The notes: generated by a model from the sequence alone, not told the origin. A stretch of 64,000 nucleotides of DNA from Candidatus Latescibacterota bacterium (GCA_965222605.1 OZ244960.1:3744001-3808000); one strand, 5' to 3'. Numbered from the stretch's first letter, positions 10,981-21,131 are shown. Numbers and translations are program-made.

Positions 10981-11589
10981 CTACCTCAATGCGGTCTGCA
11001 GGTGAGCCAATACGGTTTCCGCATCGTTATACCCTCTGGTGATAAAGGTTACGGATGCGTTGTTCCTGACGACGAGACCTGGAAATTGATTGGCATTCAT
11101 CGATCGCCTGATGTTAAATCCATCCTGCATCTGCTGTTCTATTTCGGGTGAAGATAGGTCGCATGCAAACTGCTCTGTATCTAACCCGATTTCACCCGCT
11201 AATGCAACGAGGACTTCTACATCCGATGGGTTGCGCGCTTCCTGATAATAAGCGCGTTGAATGGCTTCAAACATCGCAGTGCCAGTTCCTTGATTTTGAG
11301 CCGCATAAAATGCCCTACAAGCGGGGTAGGTGCATCGCCGCGGTTTGCATTTTTCCCAAAAGTCCCAGTTAAAACGCGCGCCTGTTATCGCAGCGACTTC
11401 GCGCCATGCGCGCTGGATATGCGCGCGCACCGCATCGGGCATGAGGTCATCGGTGTCGCGTGCCAATCCACCCATGATATATACGGGTGACAATTCTTCG
11501 GGTAGGGCTTCTTTTACTTTTTCCAGTACTGGCTGAAATCCCCAGCACCAGGAACACATGGGGTCGGCGACGTAATAAAGTGTTTTCAT
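10981..11589 (-). CDS. DsbA family (FrnE-like) protein
   Basis: YVADPMCSWCWGF CxxC motif, GGLA, cis-Pro FP. Confidence 0.88.
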   Translation of the reverse strand: MKTLYYVADPMCSWCWGFQPVLEKVKEALPEELSPVYIMGGLARDTDDLMPDAVRAHIQRAWREVAAITGARFNWDFWEKCKPRRCTYPACRAFYAAQNQGTGTAMFEAIQRAYYQEARNPSDVEVLVALAGEIGLDTEQFACDLSSPEIEQQMQDGFNIRRSMNANQFPGLVVRNNASVTFITRGYNDAETVLAHLQTALR

Positions 11590-11693
11590 GGTTTTCTCCT
11601 GTTTTAAGTTTTATTTTTCAACATAATGAGAAAGTGATGTTTTGCCAAGATATCTAATCCCGACCTTTGTCGCCAAAGCCTCCCAAAAACTAT

Positions 11694-11722
11694 TTGCATC
11701 GCGTTCTCATGCGCCATATCTT
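11694..11722 (+). promoter_or_regulatory. sigma70-type promoter of the cox-like cluster
   Basis: TTGCAT-N17-TATCTT upstream of AAGGAGG. Confidence 0.45.
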
Positions 11723-11775
11723 GCGATAGAGTGTAAGTTTATTCCTTCTTCCCCCCCTTTACAAAGGAGGCTTGC

Positions 11776-12240
11776 GTGAAAATTGAAGTCACTGTGAACG
11801 GGGAGCATCAAAGCTACGATGTCGAACCGCGTATGTTGCTCGTGGATTTTTTGCGCGATGTCGTCGGGCTTACTGGCACGCACGTAGGCTGTGAGACCAG
11901 CCTTTGTGGCGCGTGCAGTGTGATGCTCAATGGAGATGCTGTCAAATCGTGTACGGTTCTGGCAGTGCAAGCCAATGGTGCCGAAATCACCACAATTGAG
12001 GGCTTTGCCCAAAATGGTGAATTGCACCCCATTCAGGAGGGCTTCTGGGAATGCCACGGATTGCAATGCGGTTTTTGCACGCCGGGCATGATTATTGCCG
12101 CGCACCAGCTTTTAGAACGCAATCCCAAACCCAGCGAAGCCGATATTCGACGCGGTATAGAAGGCAATCTGTGCCGCTGCACAGGGTATCAACACATTGT
12201 CGATGCGGTTCAATACGCGTCGAAAAAAATGACCACATAG
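11776..12240 (+). CDS. coxS: Molybdenum hydroxylase small [2Fe-2S] subunit (CoxS/CutS)
   Basis: [27 protein letters not shown]. Confidence 0.9.
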   Translation: MKIEVTVNGEHQSYDVEPRMLLVDFLRDVVGLTGTHVGCETSLCGACSVMLNGDAVKSCTVLAVQANGAEITTIEGFAQNGELHPIQEGFWECHGLQCGFCTPGMIIAAHQLLERNPKPSEADIRRGIEGNLCRCTGYQHIVDAVQYASKKMTT

Positions 12241-12250
12241 GAGGCGCCCC

Positions 12251-14584
12251 ATGCCTATTAGCAAAACTGTTGGCGCCCGTATTAAGCGCCGCGAAGACCC
12301 CCGACTGATCCAGGGCCTGGCACATTATGTCGATGATATCAGGCTGCCCAATATGTTGCATGTCGCGATTTTGCGAAGCCCTTATGCCCATGCGCGCATC
12401 AACAGCATCAATACCGATGCGGCTCAGAATTTCCCCGGTGTCAAGTCTGTTGTCACTGGCGATGATGTCAAAGACGTAATTGGTGGGATTCCCTGTGCGG
12501 CTACAGATCCGGCGGGATTTCCGGGTATTAAAGTGCCCCACCATCCCGTGCTTGCTACGGGAAAAGTGCGTTTTGTTGGTGAACCCGTCGTCGCTGTTGC
12601 AGCGACTGACGCGTACATTGCCCGAGATGCACTGGACTTGATCGAAGTCGATTACGATCCTCTCGATGCCGTCAACTCGGCCGAAACGGCTTTTGCCGAT
12701 GATGCGCCTATTATCCACGAAGATTGGGACGATAATATGGCTTTTACCTGGAGCATTGCCGGGGGCGATATTGACGCGGCTTTCGCCGAAGCCGATCAAA
12801 TTGTCAGCCAGCGCATTGATCATCAACGTCTGGTTCCCAATCCAATGGAAACGCGCGGTGTGGTTGCCCAATACCTGCCGGGCAAAGACCAGCTCAACTT
12901 GTGGTCATCCACGCAAATTCCCCATCTCTTGCGCACGCAAATATCCGTTATGCTCAATATGGCCGAAAACCATGTGCGCGTTATCGCGCCCGAAGTGGGC
13001 GGTGGCTTTGGCTGCAAACTCAATGTGTATGCCGAAGAAGCCCTGCTCGGGCACATGGCGAAATATCTCGTGCAACCCGTTAAATGGATTGAAGGCCGCC
13101 GTGAGAATTTTTTGCATACCATTCACGGACGCGACCAGACTGGGGATGTCGAACTCGCGGTCAAAAACGACGGCACGATCCTCGGTCTTAAATACACGGT
13201 CACGGCAGATGTGGGGGCTTATTATCAGTTGCTCACGCCAGCCATTCCCACGCTCACGGGTTTGATGCTGTGTGGTTCTTACACATTTAAAAATGTGCAG
13301 ATGAATCTCAAAGCCGCTTTTACGAATAAGATGTCGACTGATGCCTATCGGGGTGCGGGGCGTCCCGAAGCTACGTATCTCATCGAACGCATGATCGATG
13401 TGATGGCGCACGATCTGGATCTGGATCCTCTGGAGGTGCGGCGCAAAAACTTCATCGGTAAGGACGCCTTTCCTTATGAAACGGGAACTGCTGTGGCTTA
13501 TGATAGTGGCGACTATACGGCTGCGCTCGACAAGGCGCTTAAGATGGCGGATTACGAGGCTTTGCGCGAGCAGCAGGCCAAATTGCGCGAAGAGGGCCGA
13601 TACCTGGGTATTGGGTTTTCTACCTATGTGGAGATTTGCGGTATGGGTCCTTCTGCTGCGATGCCCGCTGGCGGTTGGGAAAGCAGCACGGTGCGCGTAG
13701 AGCCTACCGGCAAGGTAACAGTGCTCACGGGTGTATCGCCCCACGGGCAAGGGCAGGAGACGACGTTTGCCCAGCTTATTGCCGATGGTCTGGGCGTTGA
13801 TATTGACGATATTCGCATTATCCACGGCGATACCGATACGGTGCAATACGGCATTGGCACATTTGGCAGCCGCGCGACGGCTGTGGGCGGCACGGCGATG
13901 GTACATGCGATGGGTAAGGTGAAAGACAAAGTGATCAATATCGCCGCGCATCTGCTGGAGAGCAACCCGCAGGATATTGTGGTTGAAGATGGCAAATATT
14001 GTGTTCAGGGTGCGCCCGAGTCGGGTCTCACATTGAGCGAAATCGCGATGGTGGCTCATGTGGGTGTACAACTTCCCGAGGGCACAGAACCCGGTCTTGC
14101 CGAATCGCACTTTTTTGAGCCGCCAAACTTTACCTATCCCTTTGGTACGCACATCGCCGTGGTCGAGGTGGATGCCGATACGGGTGAGGTTGAGATGCAG
14201 CGTTATATCGCCGTTGATGATTGCGGGAATATTATCAATCCGTTGATTGTCGAGGGCCAGGTACACGGCGGTATTGCGCAGGGTGTGGGACAAGCCCTTT
14301 ACGAGGAAGCCATTTACGACGAAAGCGGGCAGATGATCACCGGTTCATTTATGGATTATGCCTTGCCCAAGGCGCACAACTTTCCGCGCTTTGAATTGGC
14401 GAATACGGTCACGCCTTCGCCCGTCAATCCAATGGGTGTCAAAGGTGTGGGCGAAGCGGGTACGATTGGTTCCACGCCCGCGATAGCCAATGCGGTGATT
14501 GACGCGCTAAAACCTTTTGGCGTGCGGCATATCGATCTGCCTTTGCGCCCTGAAAAACTCTGGAAACTCATGCAGGAGACCTAA
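12251..14584 (+). CDS. coxL: Molybdenum hydroxylase large subunit, form II CoxL-like
   Basis: RREDPRL, VGGGFGCK, active-site AYRGAGR (form II), HGQGQET, GTFGSR, GVKGVGEAG. Confidence 0.85.
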   Translation: MPISKTVGARIKRREDPRLIQGLAHYVDDIRLPNMLHVAILRSPYAHARINSINTDAAQNFPGVKSVVTGDDVKDVIGGIPCAATDPAGFPGIKVPHHPVLATGKVRFVGEPVVAVAATDAYIARDALDLIEVDYDPLDAVNSAETAFADDAPIIHEDWDDNMAFTWSIAGGDIDAAFAEADQIVSQRIDHQRLVPNPMETRGVVAQYLPGKDQLNLWSSTQIPHLLRTQISVMLNMAENHVRVIAPEVGGGFGCKLNVYAEEALLGHMAKYLVQPVKWIEGRRENFLHTIHGRDQTGDVELAVKNDGTILGLKYTVTADVGAYYQLLTPAIPTLTGLMLCGSYTFKNVQMNLKAAFTNKMSTDAYRGAGRPEATYLIERMIDVMAHDLDLDPLEVRRKNFIGKDAFPYETGTAVAYDSGDYTAALDKALKMADYEALREQQAKLREEGRYLGIGFSTYVEICGMGPSAAMPAGGWESSTVRVEPTGKVTVLTGVSPHGQGQETTFAQLIADGLGVDIDDIRIIHGDTDTVQYGIGTFGSRATAVGGTAMVHAMGKVKDKVINIAAHLLESNPQDIVVEDGKYCVQGAPESGLTLSEIAMVAHVGVQLPEGTEPGLAESHFFEPPNFTYPFGTHIAVVEVDADTGEVEMQRYIAVDDCGNIINPLIVEGQVHGGIAQGVGQALYEEAIYDESGQMITGSFMDYALPKAHNFPRFELANTVTPSPVNPMGVKGVGEAGTIGSTPAIANAVIDALKPFGVRHIDLPLRPEKLWKLMQET

Positions 14585-14587
14585 ACG

Positions 14588-15445
14588 ATGACCCCCTTTG
14601 ATTACCACGCACCCAAAACTTTGAGAAGCGCGATGCGTCTGGTACAGGAGTTCGGCGACGATGCCAAAGTACTGGCGGGCGGTCACAGTCTGATTCCGTC
14701 TATGAAATTGCGTCTTGCCGCGCCTTCGGTTGTTATTGACCTGGGCGGCATTGCCGGCTTAAAAAAAGTGACTGCGGGCAATGAGGCCATTACCATTGGT
14801 GCCCTGGCCACGCATTATGCTGTGGAAAGCCATCGCTTGTTGCCTTCAAAATGTTCACTCTTGCCCGAGACGGCAGCGGAAATTGGCGATATGCAGGTGC
14901 GGAATCGAGGCACTGTGGGCGGGAGTATTGCCCATGCCGACCCGGCTGCGGATTGGCCGGCGACCATGCTTGCCCTCGATGCACAATTCGATATTGCCGG
15001 TCCCAATGGTGAACGCACGGTTTCTGCGTCTGATTTTTTTCTGGATCTCTTTATTACAGATTTGCAACCCGGCGAGGTCCTCACGGGCATTCGCATTGCC
15101 ACTCCGCCCGGGAATTCGGGTGGTGCGTATGTCAAGATGCGACAGTCCGCGTCCGGTTTTGCTCTTGCGGGCGTTGCGGCTCAGGTTACTCTGGATGATG
15201 CGGGTAACTGCGCTTCTGTGGCTGTGGGTGTTACCGGTGTTGCGCCGGCGGCATATCGCGCCCATGCGGTCGAAGACGCACTTGTAGGGCAGGGTATTGA
15301 TGCTGTTGCCGATGCGGCAGCCCATGCGACGGATGGCGTGGAAGAGTTTCAGGGAGATCACCACGCTTCTGGCGATTACCGCGCCCATTTGGCCCGTTTG
15401 TTTGCACAACGGGCATTGAGTCGGGCAATTGAACGCGCAGCTTGA
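14588..15445 (+). CDS. coxM: Molybdenum hydroxylase FAD subunit (CoxM/CutM)
   Basis: LAGGHSLIP.MKLRLA, QVRNRGTVGGSIAHADPAAD. Confidence 0.9.
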   Translation: MTPFDYHAPKTLRSAMRLVQEFGDDAKVLAGGHSLIPSMKLRLAAPSVVIDLGGIAGLKKVTAGNEAITIGALATHYAVESHRLLPSKCSLLPETAAEIGDMQVRNRGTVGGSIAHADPAADWPATMLALDAQFDIAGPNGERTVSASDFFLDLFITDLQPGEVLTGIRIATPPGNSGGAYVKMRQSASGFALAGVAAQVTLDDAGNCASVAVGVTGVAPAAYRAHAVEDALVGQGIDAVADAAAHATDGVEEFQGDHHASGDYRAHLARLFAQRALSRAIERAA

Positions 15446-15449
15446 TTTC

Positions 15450-15490
15450 ACGGCCCTCTTCTCTTTTTGGGGAGAGGGCCGTTTTTTTTT
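15450..15490 (+). terminator. Intrinsic terminator between coxM and coxG
   Basis: ACGGCCCTCTTCTC-TTTTT-GGGGAGAGGGCCGT followed by a T-run. Confidence 0.75.
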
Positions 15491-15500
15491 AGGAGGCGTT

Positions 15501-15944
15501 TTGGAACTAACGGGTACACACACCATTGGCGCAAATGTTGAGCGCGCTTTTGCGTTGCTTATCGATCCCGAGGTGCTCGCTCGTTGTATGCCCGGTTGCG
15601 ATAAGCTGGAACACAGGGCAGATGGCGTTTATGACATGGCGGTTTCAGCAGGGGTTGGTCCCGTTCGCGGCAAATACACGGGTAGCGTCACTCTTTCAGA
15701 TATTCAACCGCCCGACCGCTATACAATGGTGGTCGATATCAAGGGCGTGACGGGATTTGTCAAGGGGCAGGGCGTTGTGGAACTCGCCCCTGAAGGCGAA
15801 AATACGCAGATTTCGTTTGAGGGTGATGTACAAATCGGCGGGCCAATCGCTGCTGTGGGACAGCGCCTGCACGCCAGCGCAGCCCGCTTGATGACCCGGC
15901 AACTCTTTGGCGCGATTGATGCGGAGGCGCGCGCGTCTGCTTGA
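15501..15944 (+). CDS. coxG: CoxG/SRPBCC family protein
   Basis: DPEVLARCMPGC, GVGPVRG, VQIGGPIAAVGQRL; TTG start after AGGAGG. Confidence 0.85.
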   Translation: MELTGTHTIGANVERAFALLIDPEVLARCMPGCDKLEHRADGVYDMAVSAGVGPVRGKYTGSVTLSDIQPPDRYTMVVDIKGVTGFVKGQGVVELAPEGENTQISFEGDVQIGGPIAAVGQRLHASAARLMTRQLFGAIDAEARASA

Positions 15945-15952
15945 GGGATAAT

Positions 15953-16219
15953 ATGCAAATGTACGGATATCAATGCGATTATTGTGATGGCACAGTACAG
16001 GCAAAGTCATTAGAAAACGAAGTATTTAAACACAAAAATGGATTTGTGATTTTAGAAGATGTCACTATCGGTGTTTGTGATTCGTGTGGCAATCGCTATT
16101 ACTCTGCAGAACTTCTGCACGCAGTTCACGATATTGCTACAGGTGTGCAGTCTCCTGAGAGAACAGAAAATATACCTGTTGCCCATTTTCCGAAGGCTGA
16201 ACAAGATGTCATTTATTGA
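15953..16219 (+). CDS. YgiT-type zinc finger (MqsA-like antitoxin family)
   Basis: CDYCDG...ILEDV.IGVCDSCGNRYYSA. Confidence 0.8.
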   Translation: MQMYGYQCDYCDGTVQAKSLENEVFKHKNGFVILEDVTIGVCDSCGNRYYSAELLHAVHDIATGVQSPERTENIPVAHFPKAEQDVIY

Positions 16220-16568
16220 TTGGGATAAATATCCCGCTAATGAAGTGGCGCCCGGCGTACGCCTTCGGACCCCTTATGGCGAAAATTTGATGCTCTCTCG
16301 CGTTGAATTTGATGCGGGTGCTGTTGTGCCGATGCACAGCCATCCCCACGAGCAGGGGGGGATGATGCTCGAGGGAAAGATGAAGTTTACTATTGATGGT
16401 GAGACCCGCACAGTTGAACCCGGCGAGGCCTTTCTCATTCCCGCCCATGTGCCACACCGGGCCGAGGCAGTAGATGGTCCCTGTGTCGCTCTCGATATTT
16501 TCTCGCCGATTCGCGAGGATTATGTCGAACTCGTCAACCGCTATATTCCTTCCGAAGATCAAACATAA
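16206..16568 (+). CDS. Cupin domain protein
   Basis: VPMHSHPHEQ..MLEG, IPAHVPH, LDIFSPIREDY. Confidence 0.9.
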   Translation: MSFIDWDKYPANEVAPGVRLRTPYGENLMLSRVEFDAGAVVPMHSHPHEQGGMMLEGKMKFTIDGETRTVEPGEAFLIPAHVPHRAEAVDGPCVALDIFSPIREDYVELVNRYIPSEDQT

Positions 16569-16684
16569 CATTTTCTATTCACGGATCGCTTATTGGTCTT
16601 TCAAATAAGTTTATTTATTCACTTAATCCAGAAGGTTTGGTTGTCATTACGCCAGTAATCCAGTCCGTCAAATAAGAACAACAA

Positions 16685-17536
16685 ATGTTAGCTAATTTTT
16701 TTGAGAGACCATTTATCTCGTCTTTCTTTTTTTTTCGTCCTTTCAAAGCCTGCCCGATAAAAAGGGTTTTGTGTCTTCTGATATTGCTGTTGGGATGTAC
16801 AGAGGGTTATGCGGCTGATGTGGGAGAGAAAGTAAAAAATCTCGATATCGGGACGTATGTCGAGGGTGCGTATTTTGTTGGTGAGCAAAAAAGGCGGTTT
16901 CGAGGCTATATCAATCGCACACAGGGGTATGCGGTTACAATTGTCACAGATCAATTGCCCTATAGACGCCGTATTATCTACCAGTCTATTGATCATCTGC
17001 GCGTAAAGAAGACGAAAAGAATCGCCGTGCAGTTTAACCCCCAGGCGCGTGGATTTTTGGCTCGGACTGGCGTTATACCCGGGCATCGAGCCGTTATTGG
17101 CATTGCGGAAGCAGCAGATAGCCGGTTTGCGGGTATTATTGCGAGTGTAAGCGACTCTTTGCTCGTTTTGGCAGATACGCATAAGCGCGATGAGCACAAA
17201 ACTTTGACAGTTTCAGAACTCGATCAACTGTCGATTAATCTGAGCAAGACATCCCATATCAGAAAGGGCTTCAAAGCCGGTCTGGTTACGGGTTTCTGTA
17301 TTGGTGTTATTTTTTCTTCGTCCGATTTGAATAATAGTACCGAGACCGGATGGTCAGCCCTTGCCAATATTGTTCTAAGTCCAGAAACGGTTGTTATTTC
17401 TGTGGTCGGTGCCGGTGTCGGCAGTATTATTGGCAAACTTGCCAGCTACGAGACCTGGCAATCTATCCCATTGGACCGCCTCAAATTCAACCGCTCTCAC
17501 ACGCCTTTGTCCCTCTCTGCATCTTATTCGTTTTAA
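16685..17536 (+). CDS. Hypothetical exported protein with glycine-zipper segments (start uncertain)
   Basis: Signal-like KRVLCLLILLLG, GFKAGLVTGFCIG and GAGVGSIIG zippers, terminal Phe. Confidence 0.55.
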   Translation: MLANFFERPFISSFFFFRPFKACPIKRVLCLLILLLGCTEGYAADVGEKVKNLDIGTYVEGAYFVGEQKRRFRGYINRTQGYAVTIVTDQLPYRRRIIYQSIDHLRVKKTKRIAVQFNPQARGFLARTGVIPGHRAVIGIAEAADSRFAGIIASVSDSLLVLADTHKRDEHKTLTVSELDQLSINLSKTSHIRKGFKAGLVTGFCIGVIFSSSDLNNSTETGWSALANIVLSPETVVISVVGAGVGSIIGKLASYETWQSIPLDRLKFNRSHTPLSLSASYSF

Positions 17537-17581
17537 TTGCTCGCCCATACCTCAATAATCCAGAGTCTAAATTTGCTTGTA

Positions 17582-17646
17582 TTGTAAATTTACAACAGGT
17601 TTGTAAATTTACATTGTTTTTTTCCAATAGTTTTGTAAATTTACAA
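17582..17646. promoter_or_regulatory. Three 14-bp palindromic operator-like sites TTGTAAATTTACAA
   Basis: Copies at 17582-17595, 17601-17614 (1 mismatch) and 17633-17646; the last ends 1 nt before ATG 17648. Confidence 0.75.
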
Positions 17647-17647
17647 T

Positions 17648-18829
17648 ATGAAAAATACTTTGTTAAAACGCCTTCTGGCATTACCCGATCGCTCATTTTT
17701 TCTTTTCGGACCGCGCTCAACAGGCAAAAGTACTTATTTGCGCCAGGTTTTGCCCGGTGCGATTTATCTCGATTTGCTCGATTCCTCACTTTACCTCGAG
17801 CTTTCTCAGTCGCCCCATCATCTCGAGGCTTTGATCGGCAATCGTCCAGAGCAGACCTGGGTTGTCCTGGATGAAGTTCAAAAAATTCCCGCTTTGCTAA
17901 ATGAGGTTCATCGGTTGATTGAAAACAAGCGGTGGCGGTTCGTGCTTTGCGGTTCTTCTGCACGCAAACTGCGCCGGGGTGGTACTAATTTGCTTGCTGG
18001 TCGCGCAATTACTCGCCATATGGAATCGTTTAGCAGCGCAGAACTCGGCGCGCTTTTTGATCTCGATTTTTCACTGCAATACGGCTTGTTGCCCACCGTG
18101 CAATTAGACCGCAAGTATGCCCGCGATATTCTCGATGCTTATGTTAATACCTATATTAGAGAAGAAATTAAAGAGGAGGGGATTGTGCGCAATCTGCCCC
18201 CTTTTCTCCGTTTTTTAGGTATTGCAGGTCAGATCAATGCCCAGCAGGTTAACGCGCAAAATCTCGCTCGAGATGCGGCGGTTTCTCGTAGCAATATCGA
18301 CATCTATTTTTCGATTCTTGAAGATACGCTTTTGGGGCACAAACTTTTGGCCTATCGCCCGAATATTAAAGTTCGGGAGCAAACCCGACCCAAATTTTAT
18401 TGGTTTGACCCGGGGGTTGCGCGTGCAGCAGCGGGATTGCTCGATGAACCGCTTGACCGCATCTGGTTGGGAACGGCTTTGGAAACTTTGATTTATCACG
18501 AGTTGCGCGTGTACAATCACACGCGAGAAAAACACCGTCCTATTGCATTTTATCGCACAGCTACAGGGGGAGAAATTGATTTTATTATTGAAACGCGCAA
18601 GCGAACGGTATCTTCTCGGGCGCATGTGGTATGTCTCGAAGTTAAGCTGTCTGATCAGTGGGATAGACGTTGGGAACGCCAGATGCGCGATATGAGTCAG
18701 TCTCCACAGATTTGCGTCGATCGCATGGTGGGGGTTTATACGGGCAAGCGGAGCTATCACTTTGATGGTGTGGATGTTTTGCCTGTCGCAGAGTTTTTGC
18801 AGCAGTTGTATCAGGGCGATATTTTTTGA
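17648..18829 (+). CDS. AAA_14 ATPase with DUF4143 / PD-(D/E)XK-like C-terminus
   Basis: GPRSTGKST, VVLDEVQKIP, LCGSSARKL, KFYWFDPG, EIDFII...EVK. Confidence 0.88.
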   Translation: MKNTLLKRLLALPDRSFFLFGPRSTGKSTYLRQVLPGAIYLDLLDSSLYLELSQSPHHLEALIGNRPEQTWVVLDEVQKIPALLNEVHRLIENKRWRFVLCGSSARKLRRGGTNLLAGRAITRHMESFSSAELGALFDLDFSLQYGLLPTVQLDRKYARDILDAYVNTYIREEIKEEGIVRNLPPFLRFLGIAGQINAQQVNAQNLARDAAVSRSNIDIYFSILEDTLLGHKLLAYRPNIKVREQTRPKFYWFDPGVARAAAGLLDEPLDRIWLGTALETLIYHELRVYNHTREKHRPIAFYRTATGGEIDFIIETRKRTVSSRAHVVCLEVKLSDQWDRRWERQMRDMSQSPQICVDRMVGVYTGKRSYHFDGVDVLPVAEFLQQLYQGDIF

Positions 18830-18843
18830 TAAGGAGTTTCAAG

Positions 18844-19773
18844 ATGGAATATCGGCAACTCGGCAATTCTGGGCTTCAGGTTTCGGCTATTGGGTTGGGG
18901 ACCAATAATTTTGGCAGGCGTCTTGATGCCAGGGGTACGGCGCGTGTTATGAATCAGGCGTTGGATGAAGGGATTACGTTTATCGATACGGCGAATATTT
19001 ATGGGGGGTCGCTGTCGGAGTCTTATATTGGCCGGGCGATCAGGGGCAAGCGCGATGCGTTTATCCTGGCGACCAAAGTGTCGATGAATATGGGCGATGG
19101 TCCCAATATGCGCGGCAATTCGCGTTACCATATTCTCAAAGAGGTGGAGGAAAGTCTCAGACGTCTCAATACGGATTATATCGATCTCTATCAGATTCAT
19201 CAGACCGATTCCAATACGCCTATTGAGGAGACTTTGCACGCGCTTGACCATCTCGTTTCTCAGGGCAAAGTGCGCTATATCGGCTGTTCCAATTTTATGG
19301 CGTGGGAGGTCTGCGAGGCCTTATGGACTTCGCGTGCGAAGAATTTGGTTTCATTTTCGACTGTGCAACCCCGATATAGTATGCTCGACCGCGAGGTTGA
19401 GGCCGAGCTTGTGCCTTTTTGCAAGTCTTATGGTATTGGCATTTTGCCCTATTTCCCCCTTGCCAGCGGTTTTCTTACGGGTAAATATCGCCGAGATGAA
19501 CCGCCGCCCGAGGGTACGCGTTTGGCAGAGAGAGACCGAGGTATGTTCACGGATAAAAATTTCGATATTATCGAAGCGTTGGAAAAATTTGCACAGGAAC
19601 GCGATCATACCATTCTCGATCTGGCTTTTGCCTGGCTTCTCGCCAATCCCTGTGTGTGTTCTGTGATCGCCGGGGCTACTACGCCCGATCAAGTCACGGC
19701 AAATGCCGCGACCGTTGGCTGGCATCTCAGTGATGAGGAGATGGCGGAGATTGATGAAATTCTCTCTCAATAA
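18844..19773 (+). CDS. Aldo/keto reductase
   Basis: LGNSGLQVSAIGLG, IDTANIY, LATK, DYIDLYQIH, PYFPLASGFLTGKY. Confidence 0.93.
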   Translation: MEYRQLGNSGLQVSAIGLGTNNFGRRLDARGTARVMNQALDEGITFIDTANIYGGSLSESYIGRAIRGKRDAFILATKVSMNMGDGPNMRGNSRYHILKEVEESLRRLNTDYIDLYQIHQTDSNTPIEETLHALDHLVSQGKVRYIGCSNFMAWEVCEALWTSRAKNLVSFSTVQPRYSMLDREVEAELVPFCKSYGIGILPYFPLASGFLTGKYRRDEPPPEGTRLAERDRGMFTDKNFDIIEALEKFAQERDHTILDLAFAWLLANPCVCSVIAGATTPDQVTANAATVGWHLSDEEMAEIDEILSQ

Positions 19774-19791
19774 TTTGAAAATGAAAAATAC

Positions 19792-19825
19792 AAAAAGGGA
19801 CGCGAACTGTTTCGCGTCCCTTTTG
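19792..19825. terminator. Bidirectional intrinsic terminator
   Basis: AAAAGGGACGCGAA-CTGT-TTCGCGTCCCTTTT between convergent genes. Confidence 0.85.
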
Positions 19826-19847
19826 TTTTGAGTATTACCTATAGCAC

Positions 19848-21131
19848 TCACTGTGTCTCGTTCATTCCAATGACCCACTGCAATTGATGCGCCATTGCCA
19901 CGCTGAAATCAGTGCCTAATCCCTTGCGTTCATATCGAATTTGTCCGTTCTGATCTATGATGCATGTATATGGAATCTCGTCGGATCCAAACGCTTTTCG
20001 CATTTCCAGATCGCCTAAAGCAAAGGTTAAAAGCGGTGCGCTCTGGTAGCGAAAGCTGGCGACCATATCCCGGCGCATTGAGCTATCCTGGTCGATATTT
20101 ACTGCTAAGAATTCAACATTTTGTTTGCTAAATTGCTCTTTGAGGTTTTGGAGATAGGGCAGTTCTTCAATGCACGGGTTGCACCATCCCGCCCAAAACG
20201 TTACGACCACTGCTTTGCCCTTTAAATCTGCTGAAGTGATTTTCTCACCGTCCAGTTTTTGGACTTCAAAGGTCGGTGCAGGGCGTGAAATGCGGTTTTT
20301 TTCGACGCGTTGGATAACTTTCTTATCCCACCCGGCTTTTAAGGCAGTATATGCTTTGCTCATTCCTGCGCCTGAACCGAACTTGCCGACATAAGCTTGG
20401 CTCCACAGTTCTGCGATATTCCGACGTATGGCTGAGGTTAGCAATAGTTCTGAGGCGAGTTCATAAGCCTTTGTCCATGCTTTTTGGTCGATATAGATCC
20501 GAAGCAAGCTGGTCTTTGCTTTATCTACAGATGCCTGCCGAGATGCCAGTTCCAGGTCGCCTAAATCCTTGCGGGTTTGCCAACCCCGAATCACGGTCTT
20601 TATTTCTTCGACAGCACGATCGTGTTGCCCAACGAGTTGGTGAGCACGCGCCAATAGATCGCGGCAGATTAGTTCACCTCGACCATTACCTCCCCATTTT
20701 TTTTGTTTCTGCAATGCTTCTTTTAATGCGTTTTGTGCATATAGAAGCGTTTTATCAGATCGAACTTCCTTATCTACGAGTACCCGAGCAGCCGTTTGGT
20801 AAGCACCGTTGGAATACATTTGCAATGCGAGCATTTTGTCAGATAGCTCTATCAACAGGTGTGGATCATCGGTGACATTCTGGTAATATTTCAATAGGGT
20901 GATGGAGATGTCGCCTTTTAGGAAGGTGTTGGGATAATCTGCAAGCAGTTGCTCAAGTCCCAATATGCCTTCCCAATACTGCTCTGGGGTCTCGGGACGG
21001 TATCCACCCGCAAATTGGCTGAATCGCTTCATTTCTTCTTTGGAATGGGTAGGTTGTTGTGCAAAGCACACGGAATATGCACTCAGGCACAATACCAGAC
21101 TCACTACCAGTTTGCACTTGTTGAAATACAT
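19848..21131 (-). CDS. Exported helical-repeat + TlpA/ResA-like redoxin
   Basis: Signal peptide, TPR-like helices, APTF..LDG, FWAGWCNPC, IPYTCIIDQNG. Confidence 0.8.
   Translation of the reverse strand: MYFNKCKLVVSLVLCLSAYSVCFAQQPTHSKEEMKRFSQFAGGYRPETPEQYWEGILGLEQLLADYPNTFLKGDISITLLKYYQNVTDDPHLLIELSDKMLALQMYSNGAYQTAARVLVDKEVRSDKTLLYAQNALKEALQKQKKWGGNGRGELICRDLLARAHQLVGQHDRAVEEIKTVIRGWQTRKDLGDLELASRQASVDKAKTSLLRIYIDQKAWTKAYELASELLLTSAIRRNIAELWSQAYVGKFGSGAGMSKAYTALKAGWDKKVIQRVEKNRISRPAPTFEVQKLDGEKITSADLKGKAVVVTFWAGWCNPCIEELPYLQNLKEQFSKQNVEFLAVNIDQDSSMRRDMVASFRYQSAPLLTFALGDLEMRKAFGSDEIPYTCIIDQNGQIRYERKGLGTDFSVAMAHQLQWVIGMNETQ

Noticed and set aside
12905-14293. Long antisense or alternate-frame ORFs (also 5722-6759, 38618-39499, 54656-55489, 61419-62579)
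   Set aside because: Shadows of well-supported genes, with no recognisable motifs
12251-14584. Bona fide form I aerobic CO dehydrogenase
   Set aside because: The active site is AYRGAGR rather than AYXCSFR, and gene order is S-L-M
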